Numbered from the stretch's first letter, positions 9,181-18,765 are shown. The stretch is DNA of 64,000 nt from Prochlorococcus sp. AG-363-K07 (GCA_003280225.1 QCFO01000008.1:8637-72636); one strand, 5' to 3'. The notes: generated by a model from the sequence alone, not told the origin. Numbers and translations are program-made.

Positions 9181-9217
9181 ATGAAAAAGAGAAGCGAACT
9201 CAAAATCAGATCATCCT

Positions 9218-9394
9218 ATGAAAAAAATTATTGATTGGCACCGATCACTTGTAGAACGTGCTCAAGAGCAACTTGGGTTATCTAACTACGCTTTATATCT
9301 CTCTGGGATTCTTGAAGGTGCTTTCTATATGTGGGTAATTTTAAAAGTGACCCCTTTGATTTTTGGGACGCAGGCGAAGTTTCCTGATTTTTGA
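9218..9394 (+). CDS. Hypothetical small protein (58 aa)
   Basis: Hand translation gives MKKIIDWHRSLVERAQEQLGLSNYALYLSGILEGAFYMWVILKVTPLIFGTQAKFPDF, with a hydrophobic C-terminal half. It lies 38 nt after the cupin gene. Confidence 0.3.
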   Translation: MKKIIDWHRSLVERAQEQLGLSNYALYLSGILEGAFYMWVILKVTPLIFGTQAKFPDF

Positions 9395-9529
9395 AAGTTG
9401 ATAAACTATAAATACACCACATAGACCAAGACCTGAGAGATGTTCTCTCCAGGAATGTAAAGGAAGTTTTGTGGAAGACTTGCTTTGAAGGTAATTAGTC
9501 GAGACGCTAGCTAAGAACGCAATTTCCTG

Positions 9530-9688
9530 ATGAATTGGACGCCTACTAATAAGCAAAAAGATGACGTAGTCACCCCCACTTTCTTGGATATAGTTGAGTC
9601 TTGTAGTCAACTACAAAAACAAGTTGATTGCCCTGATGAATATGTCCAATCGCTTCTAAGAAAAATTGCTGATACATGGGCTGCTTAG
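9530..9688 (+). CDS. Hypothetical small protein (52 aa)
   Basis: Hand translation gives MNWTPTNKQKDDVVTPTFLDIVESCSQLQKQVDCPDEYVQSLLRKIADTWAA. Composition is protein-like. An in-frame stop lies 18 nt upstream of the ATG. Confidence 0.3.
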   Translation: MNWTPTNKQKDDVVTPTFLDIVESCSQLQKQVDCPDEYVQSLLRKIADTWAA

Positions 9689-11920
9689 CCTTCGTTAAGT
9701 AACAGCGCAGCATTTTATGTTCAGGCCTACTTTATAAAACTATTTTGTTCCACGCTTTAGTAGGAAGTCGCAGGTAAAGCTTTCAACAAAAGATACACTG
9801 ATTATCATCATTGCTAGTCCCATTATTTTGAATGAGTCTTCGTGTGATTTAGGGAGATTAAACAAGGCTTTGGATTCTGTCGTCTCAATCTAGATCTATA
9901 GGACCCTATTTTGAACTGGACCACCATATGAGTTCCGAGAATTTCATATCCCCTAACTTGTACTGTTATCCAATGATTGGTTTTCTGCTTTTGAGTTTTC
10001 GTCTTTCGGTAGTTGCAACCAATCACTACTCCATTTAGTAATCGTCATTAATTCAGTCCAGAAAACCCGAAAAAAGATCTCTTTCTTTAAAACAGGGGAT
10101 AGATCTACCCATCTGCTTTTTCCTGTGCCTCCGAACTGTTTTACTTTAAAGTGTCGATAACCTTCTCGCTTGCTAGCAGAAGTCCATGCATGATTAGGTG
10201 GCCATCTTATTTATTTTAAGAAAGGTAGAAGCTTCATCAAAAAATCAGGGAACGAACAAAGAATTAAAAGGATCAGCCTACAAACGATAGCAATAATTGC
10301 AGCATCACTGGGAAAGTCTTTCCATTGTTAGGGCACATTCTCTGACATTTCCCGAAAATAAATTTGCACAGTTGAGACCCCTTGAATTGAGCGTTTGGGT
10401 TGTTTTCATTTAATCAACAGGAATATTTAGAGAGCATTAAGCATTCTCCTTCTTGATGAAGTTAATGTAAAATTTTAATCTAAGTATTCCAATTGAGACT
10501 GAATTCAGTGTCTTTACTGAAATTCGAGTTGCGTATTCTATTATCGACTAAGGTTTCTTTTAAAAGGACATTAGTCGTTTAAGGAATTATTGCTAAATTT
10601 GTAATCATCAACTAAACAACTTTTCTTAATGTTGCCTTGTTGTGTTTGTTTGTTCGGATAGTGAGTTGCTTAAATGACGATATACAAAGACCTCATTGTA
10701 GAATATTTGCAGTTGCTAAATATAAACACTTCTTGATTGAGTAGTCCAGCAATATTCATTACCTTAGCCAAATACGATCAGCAAAGTGGCCAATTGCTTT
10801 TTGTGATGTCTACTATTTGTTGTTTAATAGAATAAATTAACTTCTTTTCATGAGTGACTGGAATAGACAAGCAGAAAGGAAGTGCCCATCATTTCCTTTT
10901 GAAAATGAGGAAGGCTTGTCGACTTTTGATTTAAACCTAATCCATAACCATCGTCAGAGGCATCTTCCTTTCTTGAAGCGAAATGAGAAAATCCCTTGTA
11001 CAAGTAAAGTCAAGTATTTTTAGAGGGTTAGTTAGATTATTGCTACAAGCACATCGCATCCTTATATTATGAGTGAATTGAGATCCAATAATAGTAGTAG
11101 TGGTTTGATCCAATTATTGATGGCATTTTGGATAAGACTTCCTTAACAGGTAAATTGTACTTTTAATCTTTCGACTGTTGATTGCTCGCATGACATTTTT
11201 AAGTACCATTCATGATTACGCAGCTAGAAGAAAGTGAAAACACTGGATGCCTACAGAATTGATAATTGACTGAGGCTTGACTGGTGCGTGGGCTAAGAAC
11301 ATCATTTCATCAGGTCAAAATCTAGTTCAAGTCCTTGCTCTATTAATGAGTGCTAAAAGCAAGTTTCTATTAATTGCACCCCACTCAAATAGCTCATTCT
11401 TCTCTTGCTATAGCTGTGGAGACAACTCTTCTTCTCGGCGTTTGGTTGTAAAGATCGCGATTGGTTGAATTTAAAGAATTAGCAAACGAAGCCTTGACTA
11501 GTTGACATGTACACGCTGTAGCTGCTAGTACAGGTGTACTGCTACTTTTCAACTTGTTCTGATTTCCTTTGTCTATCCAAATTTTATGGGTCTGGCGGGA
11601 TGCTGGTAGCAGCGGAGTCTATTGGAATTCTCAAATGCCTATGTATTCATTTCCGACAGTAGTGCCTCACAAAAGGTATGCAGACGAAGATCAATGGGAA
11701 TACCTCGAAGAAGGTTGCTTCCAAAAACCACGTTTAACTCTTGTTTTGCTGACATGCCAACATTTCTTTTTTTGCACCGAGCAACATTCTCATTCGCTTC
11801 TTAGTTGCCATCTCAAGCAAAGCCTTATTCCGCGTGGTGCACATTTAACTTCATGGTGTCCCTTTTGGACCCAGAAAAGCTCAAAAGTGGCTTTTATATA
11901 TCCTGAGGCGGTGTAAAGCT

Positions 11921-12166
11921 ATGGCTCCTGAAGGCTGGTTAATTGATCCAAAGGCTCAAGTCCTTTTGTTGTTTCATAGAGATCCGATGTCATGTCAACG
12001 TTTTCCAAAGTTTTATATGGACAAATGGACTGCTACCAAAAATGGAACTCCTCATTTGTTTAAGAACCGCAGAAAAGTTGAGTTAGAACCTGCATCAGAG
12101 ACATGGAGTGAACTGATCCAAAATGGTTGGACACAAGTTAATGAACTATTTGGGAATGCCGCATGA
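11921..12166 (+). CDS. Small conserved hypothetical, resembles the picocyanobacterial DUF1651 family (assignment from memory)
   Basis: The sequence is MAPEGWLIDPKAQVLLLFHRD...NRRKVELEPASETWSELIQNGWTQV. Size and Trp-containing motifs fit small Prochlorococcus/Synechococcus-restricted proteins. Confidence 0.45.
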   Translation: MAPEGWLIDPKAQVLLLFHRDPMSCQRFPKFYMDKWTATKNGTPHLFKNRRKVELEPASETWSELIQNGWTQVNELFGNAA

Positions 12167-12267
12167 CTAGAGAAGACCTGACATTACGCATCACTAGAGC
12201 GATGTATAAAGATCGTCGCACCTCCCAGAGTTTTAATACATCTCAAGCTATCAGGAGTTATTTTTAA
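12163..12267 (+). CDS. Possible 34-aa ORF translationally coupled (ATGA overlap) to the preceding gene
   Basis: The ATG at 12163 overlaps the TGA of the upstream ORF. Hand translation gives MTREDLTLRITRAMYKDRRTSQSFNTSQAIRSYF. Confidence 0.2.
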   Translation: MTREDLTLRITRAMYKDRRTSQSFNTSQAIRSYF

Positions 12268-12438
12268 GGTCTTCAAATGGCTGACCTGATAGGTATAGCT
12301 AGTTATACGACATCAGTATTTATGAGTGAGAAGCTGTTAAATGACCGCTAACTAAGCTCTTTATATCTGTACTAAATAGTTATTTATTGACCACAGTCTC
12401 ATGATCTGCTAGGTGTAGGTATAGGAATCCACGACCTA

Positions 12439-12927
12439 ATGTCTCAATTGAAAATCACTGTCAGTGCCAAGGCAGATGCCATGATCGCTCAGCTTCAAAA
12501 AGAAATCTTCAATAGAAGACGTAAGAAAATCACTGCGGAAGGCGTAGTGGAGTCTTTAGTTGAAAGTGGTGCAAAGTCTCAGTCTGACAAGCGTTTTGCT
12601 GCTTCTTGGAGGAACCTCATTAAGGATATTGAGAAGGCAGCCAAGGTATCTGAAGTTCATGGCAACAAGCCCGCGAACATCAGCTCAGAAGAGTGGGCAT
12701 TAATTCTTTCTCATCGAACTCGTAAAGGAACAACCGCTACAAAGACTCCTGCAAAAAAAGCAGTTATTAAAAAGACAACAGTTAAAAAAGCTACAGCTAA
12801 GATACCAGCAGGCAAAAAAACAGTTGCTAGGAAGGCAGCTCCAAAAGCAGCAGCTAAACCAGCTGCAGGAAGGCCAGCCAGACGTGCAAGAAAATCCAAA
12901 AAAGTATCTTCAGCAGCAGCAGCTTGA
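12439..12927 (+). CDS. Protein with C-terminal histone H1-like Lys/Ala/Pro-rich tail (putative DNA-binding)
   Basis: The C-terminal ~65 aa read TKTPAKKAVIKKTTVKKATAKIPAGKKTVARKAAPKAAAKPAAGRPARRARKSKK. The N-terminal ~95 aa are globular-looking with no recognised family. Confidence 0.7.
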   Translation: MSQLKITVSAKADAMIAQLQKEIFNRRRKKITAEGVVESLVESGAKSQSDKRFAASWRNLIKDIEKAAKVSEVHGNKPANISSEEWALILSHRTRKGTTATKTPAKKAVIKKTTVKKATAKIPAGKKTVARKAAPKAAAKPAAGRPARRARKSKKVSSAAAA

Positions 12928-13002
12928 AAATCTTTTAGTCAGATCCGGCCAAGCGGCTTGAAAGGTGCAATGCCTTTCTCTGACTATTTCGACTTACTCC
13001 TA

Positions 13003-13158
13003 ATGAAATATCAGTGTAGAGACTGTGTCTATGCCTACTCTCCCGAGAGAGGCGACCCTGCAAATGAGATACCACCTGGTACTAAATTTGAACAGTTGCC
13101 CGAGGACTGGGTTTGCCCTATCTGTGGGGCGAGGAAAGGGCGATTTAAAAGGATATGA
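13003..13158 (+). CDS. Rubredoxin (soluble, ~51 aa from ATG 13003; ORF opens at TTG 12958)
   Basis: MKYQCRDCVYAYSPERGDP...PEDWVCPICGARKGRF carries the two CxxC pairs and the rubredoxin spacing. Confidence 0.8.
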   Translation: MKYQCRDCVYAYSPERGDPANEIPPGTKFEQLPEDWVCPICGARKGRFKRI

Positions 13159-13219
13159 GCTTTTGTAAGATTGTAAATCTATTTTTAGATTTGATTTCAG
13201 GTTCTTCTATAGGTGCTGA

Positions 13220-14086
13220 CTATTTAGTTGGGAGATTTCGTTTAATTATTTCCCATGCTTCCAAAGCATTATCTGCGTATTGAAAGAGCTTAAGGTGATT
13301 GTCGTCAATTAGGCCGGAATCTGCAAGTAGTTGAAAATTTATCGCTCTGGACCAATATTCTCGTCCGAATAAAATTATAGGAATAACTTTTTTCATGCCT
13401 GTTTGACGAAGTGTGAGAAGTTCAAATAGTTCATCTAGTGTTCCAAATCCACCAGGAAAAAATACAGCTGCAGTAGAACGCATTACAAAGTGGATTTTTC
13501 TCAATGCAAAATAATTAAACTTAAAACAAAGTCCAGGTGTAATAAATGAATTTGGATACTGTTCTTTAGGGATGTTGATATTTAAGCCAATTGATTTGCA
13601 ATCCGCATCAAATGCTCCTCTGTTGGCCGCTTCCATAATACCAGGACCACCTCCAGTGACGATGACATTAGAGCAGTACTCTTGTGTTTGATTCTTTCTA
13701 GAAACAATTCTAGAAAACTCTCTAGCAGAATCATAGTAATGAGACATTGAATTTAATATTTTTAACCTATCTCTTTCCCTTTTTAGTAGAGTAGATCTTG
13801 GTGCTTTTTCTAATTCTCTGAGTGTCTTTTCTAATTTCTTTTTGACAGATACCTTATCTGTAATATTAGAACCTCCGAATACAATAATAGTTGAAATGAT
13901 TTCTTCTTTTTCTAGTATTTGCTCGGGCTTGCTAATCTCAAGAAGCATTCTAACACCTCGCATTTCGCTAGTGTTTAATAATTCTATGTCTTCGTGTGCT
14001 AAGTGATAAGAATTTGAGCTGAGAATTAGTCGCAGATTATTATTTACAAGATCTATATTATCGCTACGATCTTTCTGTTCCACCAT
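13220..14086 (-). CDS. LOG-family / TIGR00730-type nucleotide 5'-monophosphate nucleosidase-like protein
   Basis: It carries the motifs GGGPGIMEAANRGA and PGGFGTLDELFELLTLRQTG. Confidence 0.85.
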   Translation of the reverse strand: MVEQKDRSDNIDLVNNNLRLILSSNSYHLAHEDIELLNTSEMRGVRMLLEISKPEQILEKEEIISTIIVFGGSNITDKVSVKKKLEKTLRELEKAPRSTLLKRERDRLKILNSMSHYYDSAREFSRIVSRKNQTQEYCSNVIVTGGGPGIMEAANRGAFDADCKSIGLNINIPKEQYPNSFITPGLCFKFNYFALRKIHFVMRSTAAVFFPGGFGTLDELFELLTLRQTGMKKVIPIILFGREYWSRAINFQLLADSGLIDDNHLKLFQYADNALEAWEIIKRNLPTK

Positions 14087-14819
14087 AGTCTCCTAATTGC
14101 TCTTTAGAGCTTTTTACTATACTAGAGAGATTTATCCTTGGTATAGGCCTTCCATTAGGGCCTGAAGGCTTTGTTCTGCACAATCTACCTTCATCGACTG
14201 ACTTTTATTATAGGGTTGCTGTTATTATAATTAATGCTAGAGAGAGTGTAACCAAAGATTTGCTTCTCGTAATTGATAAAGGCATCATTGTCTGTATTGT
14301 TATTTTTGGACCACTTGTAAGTGCTGATTTGTAACCCTTTTTAGAATTCCTTTAATTTCTATTGCTGAGAACTCATGATTTGAAGAGCCTTTTAGAATTG
14401 TGTTACCTTTCTTCAGTTAAGAATATCAATTATTTGTTTTTTTCAGAACTTCTTGCCACTGACTGACTTAGCTCAAATATCTAGTTATCTGCGGAAATAA
14501 ATCAACTAAGCCGAAGGACTCTTTGAAGAGTTGATTATTAATGCGTTAAACAGCTTGTATGACTAGTCACGTTCCTATTGAGAATTTGGGAGCAAAGATC
14601 TAGATTTAATTAGCTTCTAGTTAATGTCTGTGCGGGGTCCGACTATGCATTCATTCCTATGTTGGTAATAATGTGCCTGTAGCAACTGATCCACAATTAC
14701 GGTTCTCCTTAATACGTATACCTTATTTTGCTTTCTTAAGAAGACAACAAGTTATTAGACTTTTTTCAGGAGGTTGTCAGCTAAAAGCTAGTACAAGCTA
14801 GCTGCATAGAGTTTGGCGA

Positions 14820-15088
14820 GCCAATAAATACCCCTATGCAGTAAAGATCCTGTTAGCTAAAGAAGAGCAAATGATCCCCATCACCTGGTCGCTACAACGA
14901 GCTTAGTCGCTGTCAAGGAATTTGTCATCGGCAGAAACACGCTATTTGTGGGGTGACTTCTGTAAATCAACAGAAAAAACACTACTTCTAGGGGGTTGAT
15001 TTTAAACGCAATTTCTCTTAGAAAGTAAGTTCCCCATCACCCAGGTCCGACGCATTTCGCAAGGGCCTTTTTTATTGGATCTAGGCCT
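14820..15088. repeat. Left copy of a ~270-bp inverted repeat pair
   Basis: It is the reverse complement of 16215-16484, with about a dozen differences by eye and an identical run at 14903-15029. There is no long ORF. It contains a CCCCATCACC sub-motif twice and ends in GGGCC-T6 at the inner side. Confidence 0.9.
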
Positions 15089-15176
15089 CTTTCTGAGGAA
15101 AAAACGCTGCGCGTAAACCCGCATAATTCATGTTTACAGACTTTGAATAGATAGGTGATCTGCCAACAGTTGAAGT

Positions 15177-15203
15177 CTCCAACTAAGGAATTGGAGTTTT
15201 CTT
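15177..15203 (+). terminator. Hairpin plus U-tract inside the repeat-bracketed segment
   Basis: The sequence is CTCCAA-ctaaggaa-TTGGAG followed by TTTTCTT. Confidence 0.3.
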
Positions 15204-15541
15204 ACGGCTTATGTAAGCTTCACTTCGTACTTGGCTTGGCAGTTCAAGCGATTTTTTTGAACAAAGATGAAAACCCGAATCAGTTATTTTCTACCAGTAG
15301 GTAATCCAAGGGATTGCTTCATGTTTATTCAAGCCAAGTGTTGGCGCTATTTATAAGGGCGCTCCACGCTAGTCAAATAGTTCACCATAGAGACATAGAT
15401 GATTATGAGGATAATAGAAAGCAGCTATGAAGAGGATAGTTCTACCTTTGATTATCTTTAAAGCAGTTGTATCCCCAGCCAAGTATTAGATTTGTAGCTA
15501 AAAGGCAGGCCACTAATGACAAAGATCAGCAAACCACACCA

Positions 15542-15652
15542 ATGAAAAACTTCCTAAAGAAGTTCTTTGAGCTGTGCAAGGCGTACCAACAAGAGATCCC
15601 CCCACACAAGGTGGCAGAAATCCTTAAAGATTATGCGGACAGGTTGGAGTGA
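15542..15652 (+). CDS. Micro-ORF (36 aa from ATG 15542; ORF opens at TTG 15467)
   Basis: The product MKNFLKKFFELCKAYQQEIPPHKVAEILKDYADRLE is helical and soluble-looking. Its stop TGA overlaps the ATG of the next micro-ORF by 1 nt (TGATG). Confidence 0.3.
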   Translation: MKNFLKKFFELCKAYQQEIPPHKVAEILKDYADRLE

Positions 15653-15780
15653 TGAATCCATTTCTAACTTCCATGGCATTGCTAGCTGTTGCTCTTGCAG
15701 CAATCTCTATTTGGTGGATAAACATAACTCTGAAAGAAGGTAGAAAGGCAGTCGAAGAAAGCAAGGCGGATCTAGATTAA
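15652..15780 (+). CDS. Micro-ORF encoding a 42-aa single-TM peptide
   Basis: Hand translation gives MNPFLTSMALLAVALAAISIWWINITLKEGRKAVEESKADLD. It is coupled to the upstream micro-ORF. Confidence 0.35.
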   Translation: MNPFLTSMALLAVALAAISIWWINITLKEGRKAVEESKADLD

Positions 15781-16090
15781 AAGAATGCGAAAGTACTAGT
15801 TATAACCTGACTATCAAGAATATAGTTATATAGCTGGAAGATTACTAACTTCGTGCAGAAAAATCACAGAAAAATTCTTTAATTCTTAGAATTTACTCAT
15901 ACTAGTTAGAGAATGGCGATCATTCCTGTATCGTCCTATTTTTGAGGTGCTTTGGTTTCAAACTGATTAAAAATCTATTCATTTAATCCAAAAAAGTTGT
16001 TCATACTAACTTTTGCAAGTTATAGAAAAGATCACGATTTGTGCAATTCTCAGAAAAAAGCGGCGAGTTATTGGCTGGGCTGGAGACTGG

Positions 16091-16182
16091 ACAAAAGAAA
16101 ACCCGCCGAAGGCGGGCTCTTGGAGACCCAAAGCAAGTGTTTCCTTGTTGCCACTGCTCGAAGGATCTCAACTCCTCACTAA
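16091..16182 (-). ncRNA. Yfr2-family-like sRNA (copy A)
   Basis: The minus strand reads TAGTGAGGAGTTGAG..GAGCAGTGGCAACAAGGAAACACTTGCT..AGAGCCCGCCttcgGCGGGTTTTCTTTTG. A TATAGT -10-like box sits just upstream. There is a 5' GUGAGGAG motif, a stem-loop exposing GGAAAC, and a GC hairpin plus U-tract terminator. It is alignable over its whole length with 26381-26471. Confidence 0.55.
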
Positions 16183-16214
16183 AACTATAGTTACTTATGG
16201 AATAGCTTTTTGCA

Positions 16215-16484
16215 AGGTCTAGATTCAATAAAAAAGGCCCTTGCGAAATGCGTCGGACCTGGGTGATGGGGAGCTTACTTTCTAAGAGAAATTGCGTTTA
16301 AAATCAACCCCCTAGAAGTAGTGTTTTTTCTGTTGATTTACAGAAGTCACCCCACAAATAGCGTGTTTCTGCCGATGACAAATTCCTTGACAGCGACTAA
16401 TCTCTTTGTAACGACTAGGTGATGGGGATCATTTGCTGTTCTTTAGCTAACAGGATCTTTACTGCATAGGGTCTTTTTATTGGC
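16215..16484. repeat. Right copy of the ~270-bp inverted repeat pair
   Basis: It is the reverse complement of 14820-15088. The outer ends of both copies read GCCAATAAA. The inner ends extend through ATCTAG(G/A)CCT. Confidence 0.9.
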
Positions 16485-17181
16485 CAGAAGTGATCTGTTG
16501 AATATCTCGTACCTTGCTGAAGGGAGTACTTCCTGTATTTTAATAAGGTTCTTTTAATATTAAACAAACTTTCATGGGGGTACCATTCAGTTTTTTGGAA
16601 TGTAAGGTCATTTATCTTTCGGGGTTTGTATAGAAAGCTTTTCTGATACTGCTGCATATCTTAATTATTTCAATCCTTAGCGCTAATCAAGCGGTACTTC
16701 ATAGACAAACGTCTTTAAGAAATTTGTAATAGTTAATTCCATTTAGTCAGTGTGGTACACATTATGAATGATGGTTATCCCGGTATTTATTCTAATTGTC
16801 TATTTCCTTTTGAGAGCCCCAAATTGTTGCACCATTGCTCTAAATTTGAATACTTCTGACCATTTTTAGTGGAGATTGATTTTTATCTTTGATTTTATCA
16901 TTGCTAGAAGATTTGATAAAAAGATTAACTCTAAATCATATAAAAAGAGAGCCTAGCTTTTGATATGTTTTAAGGGCCCTCTATTTCCATTGGATCTATT
17001 AATTTAAGAGATGAGCTAATTTCAGCGGAATTGATTGACTATACCAATTCACTTGGATCCTTAGACTTAGTAAGTAATCACCTTTTACTTTAGAGCTGTT
17101 GTCCTGGGCTTACCGCTATTAAATAGAGAGTTATGAATATTACCTCTCCAAAGCCTCTTGTGGAGCTCTAGGGTTGGAGGA

Positions 17182-17493
17182 ATGACCAAGTATCATTGCC
17201 CTTACTGCTCATCCAATTATCAGATTCATCGGGAAGGATCTGATGGCGTCAAGGTTTGTGGCCATTGCGGTGAGCCTTTAATGTCAGTCCCCTTTCTTCC
17301 GTTTACTCGGATCCTTGCCTTAATGGCAGCTGGAATATTCACTACTCCTTTATTATTAACTGGATTTGTTTTTGTTCATGATCAAATCAAGAAAACTCCA
17401 AAGCCATCTTTATTAGAAATTTCAGTCAGTTGTACCAGCAATTCTTTTATAAAAGAAGATATCATTTTCCTCTCTAATTTTAATTATATCTGA
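17182..17493 (+). CDS. Zinc-ribbon membrane protein, hypothetical
   Basis: MTKYHCPYCSSNYQIHREGSDGVKVCGHCGEPL has two CxxC pairs. A TM segment follows (ILALMAAGIFTTPLLLTGFVFV). Confidence 0.45.
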   Translation: MTKYHCPYCSSNYQIHREGSDGVKVCGHCGEPLMSVPFLPFTRILALMAAGIFTTPLLLTGFVFVHDQIKKTPKPSLLEISVSCTSNSFIKEDIIFLSNFNYI

Positions 17494-18109
17494 GTAGATA
17501 TTACTCTTTTGCTCTTACTATTCCTTTATGATTCTATATAAATAGTTTAATTTTACCTATGCTTTATTAATAAGTATTATAAGTAAAAGAATTAATTTGT
17601 TTAAATATGATAATGCGTTGAACGGCGCTTCTTTGAGTTTTATATGGACGTGTATTGAAGTTGATCGATCTGCCGCCTTCCAGATTAATGTCCTACGTTT
17701 TTATAGATTATAAGATTCCCCACTAACGAAGAGTAATAAATAAAAGTAACCAACGTAAGATAGATATAGGAGAAAAGCTAATAATCATTTTTCTTGCTTA
17801 AGCTATTCCTTATAGCCTTTCTAAGTTTTATTTTTCAAGCATGGATAGACTTTTCTGTAGCTGCATTTCAATGAAGCAAAATTCCTAATTGGTTCTTTAA
17901 ATAAATTTACCTGCTCACTTTTGATTTGATATCATGGTTAAGTCTAAATGTTGACTCAATCCTAGAAATTACTACAAAGGAAACATTAATAAGATCATCT
18001 CTTGTCCTTATTGGTCTTATTTTCTTAATCCAAGATTTTGACGATACTAGAAAACTAGAATTAGATAATTCCCAATTCAATAAGTAGATTAATCTCTATT
18101 TTTGTGACT

Positions 18110-18310
18110 TTATCTCCATTTAACTTTTATAGCGATTTTGTCTCTTAATCCTTTTATAGGAATCATCTTTGCTAGCTGACTATCAATTTGCTTGGTGACC
18201 CTTTCTTTGAGTAATGCTATTAGGTAGACAAGTGCGTTAATTGCCAAAAGGAGAAGAATCCATATGTAAAAGTATTGTGTAGGATCAATTGTTATGAAAG
18301 GATGTTCCAT
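18110..18310 (-). CDS. Hypothetical single-TM protein (66 aa)
   Basis: YFYIWILLLLAINALVYLIALL is a TM helix. No family recognised. Confidence 0.3.
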   Translation of the reverse strand: MEHPFITIDPTQYFYIWILLLLAINALVYLIALLKERVTKQIDSQLAKMIPIKGLRDKIAIKVKWR

Positions 18311-18765
18311 ACGTAAAATTTAAATCATTGAAAGTGTATATATCAAAATAGCAAGTCTTCTTACTTTAGCATTTAATAGATCTTGCGGATCTCAGGATGT
18401 TTTTTGCTTAGTTCTTTCTTATGCAACATAATCTCCATAAAATACTTCTCCCAAGTATCTAAACTACTAACCTCAAATGGTTTACTATAACAATGATTTT
18501 ATACTAACAAGTCCCTTCTATTGGGAATTTATGTTTTCATCTACCAATAGAAGTGCAAAACTAGATATTCAGAATAGTCTAAATAAACCTTATCTACTTA
18601 ATGATCACGTCCCAGGCTATATTCCTTAATAGGACTGCATGGCGTGGCTAATATGACCAGCATTTACTGGTGAACATGTACGACCCTTTTTTGAAACCTA
18701 TATAGCTACACCTTTAACGAATAGTTAACAGCGCATACCTAATAAAAGATAGTACATTATTAATC

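Noticed and set aside
15997-16228. Three overlapping track ORFs (15997-16182 +, 16013-16222 +, 16001-16228 -).
   Set aside because: They overlap each other and the Yfr2-like sRNA with its terminator hairpin. Their composition is not protein-like.
14820-16484. The 270-bp repeats as copies of a known RNA gene (tRNA, tmRNA, RNase P, SRP, 6S, riboswitch) or as a CRISPR or IS element.
   Set aside because: - No cloverleaf, T-loop or tag frame, no GAGGAAAGUCC-type RNase P core and no conserved riboswitch box were seen.
- There are only two copies in inverted orientation, so this is not an array.
- No transposase ORF lies between or beside them.
The repeats are kept as an unexplained finding instead.
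16415-16657. 80-aa ORF on the minus strand running into the right inverted repeat.
   Set aside because: Its C-terminal 23 codons are repeat sequence, and the same stretch in the left copy is interrupted by stops. It is probably fortuitous. An ancestral small gene truncated by the repeat cannot be excluded.
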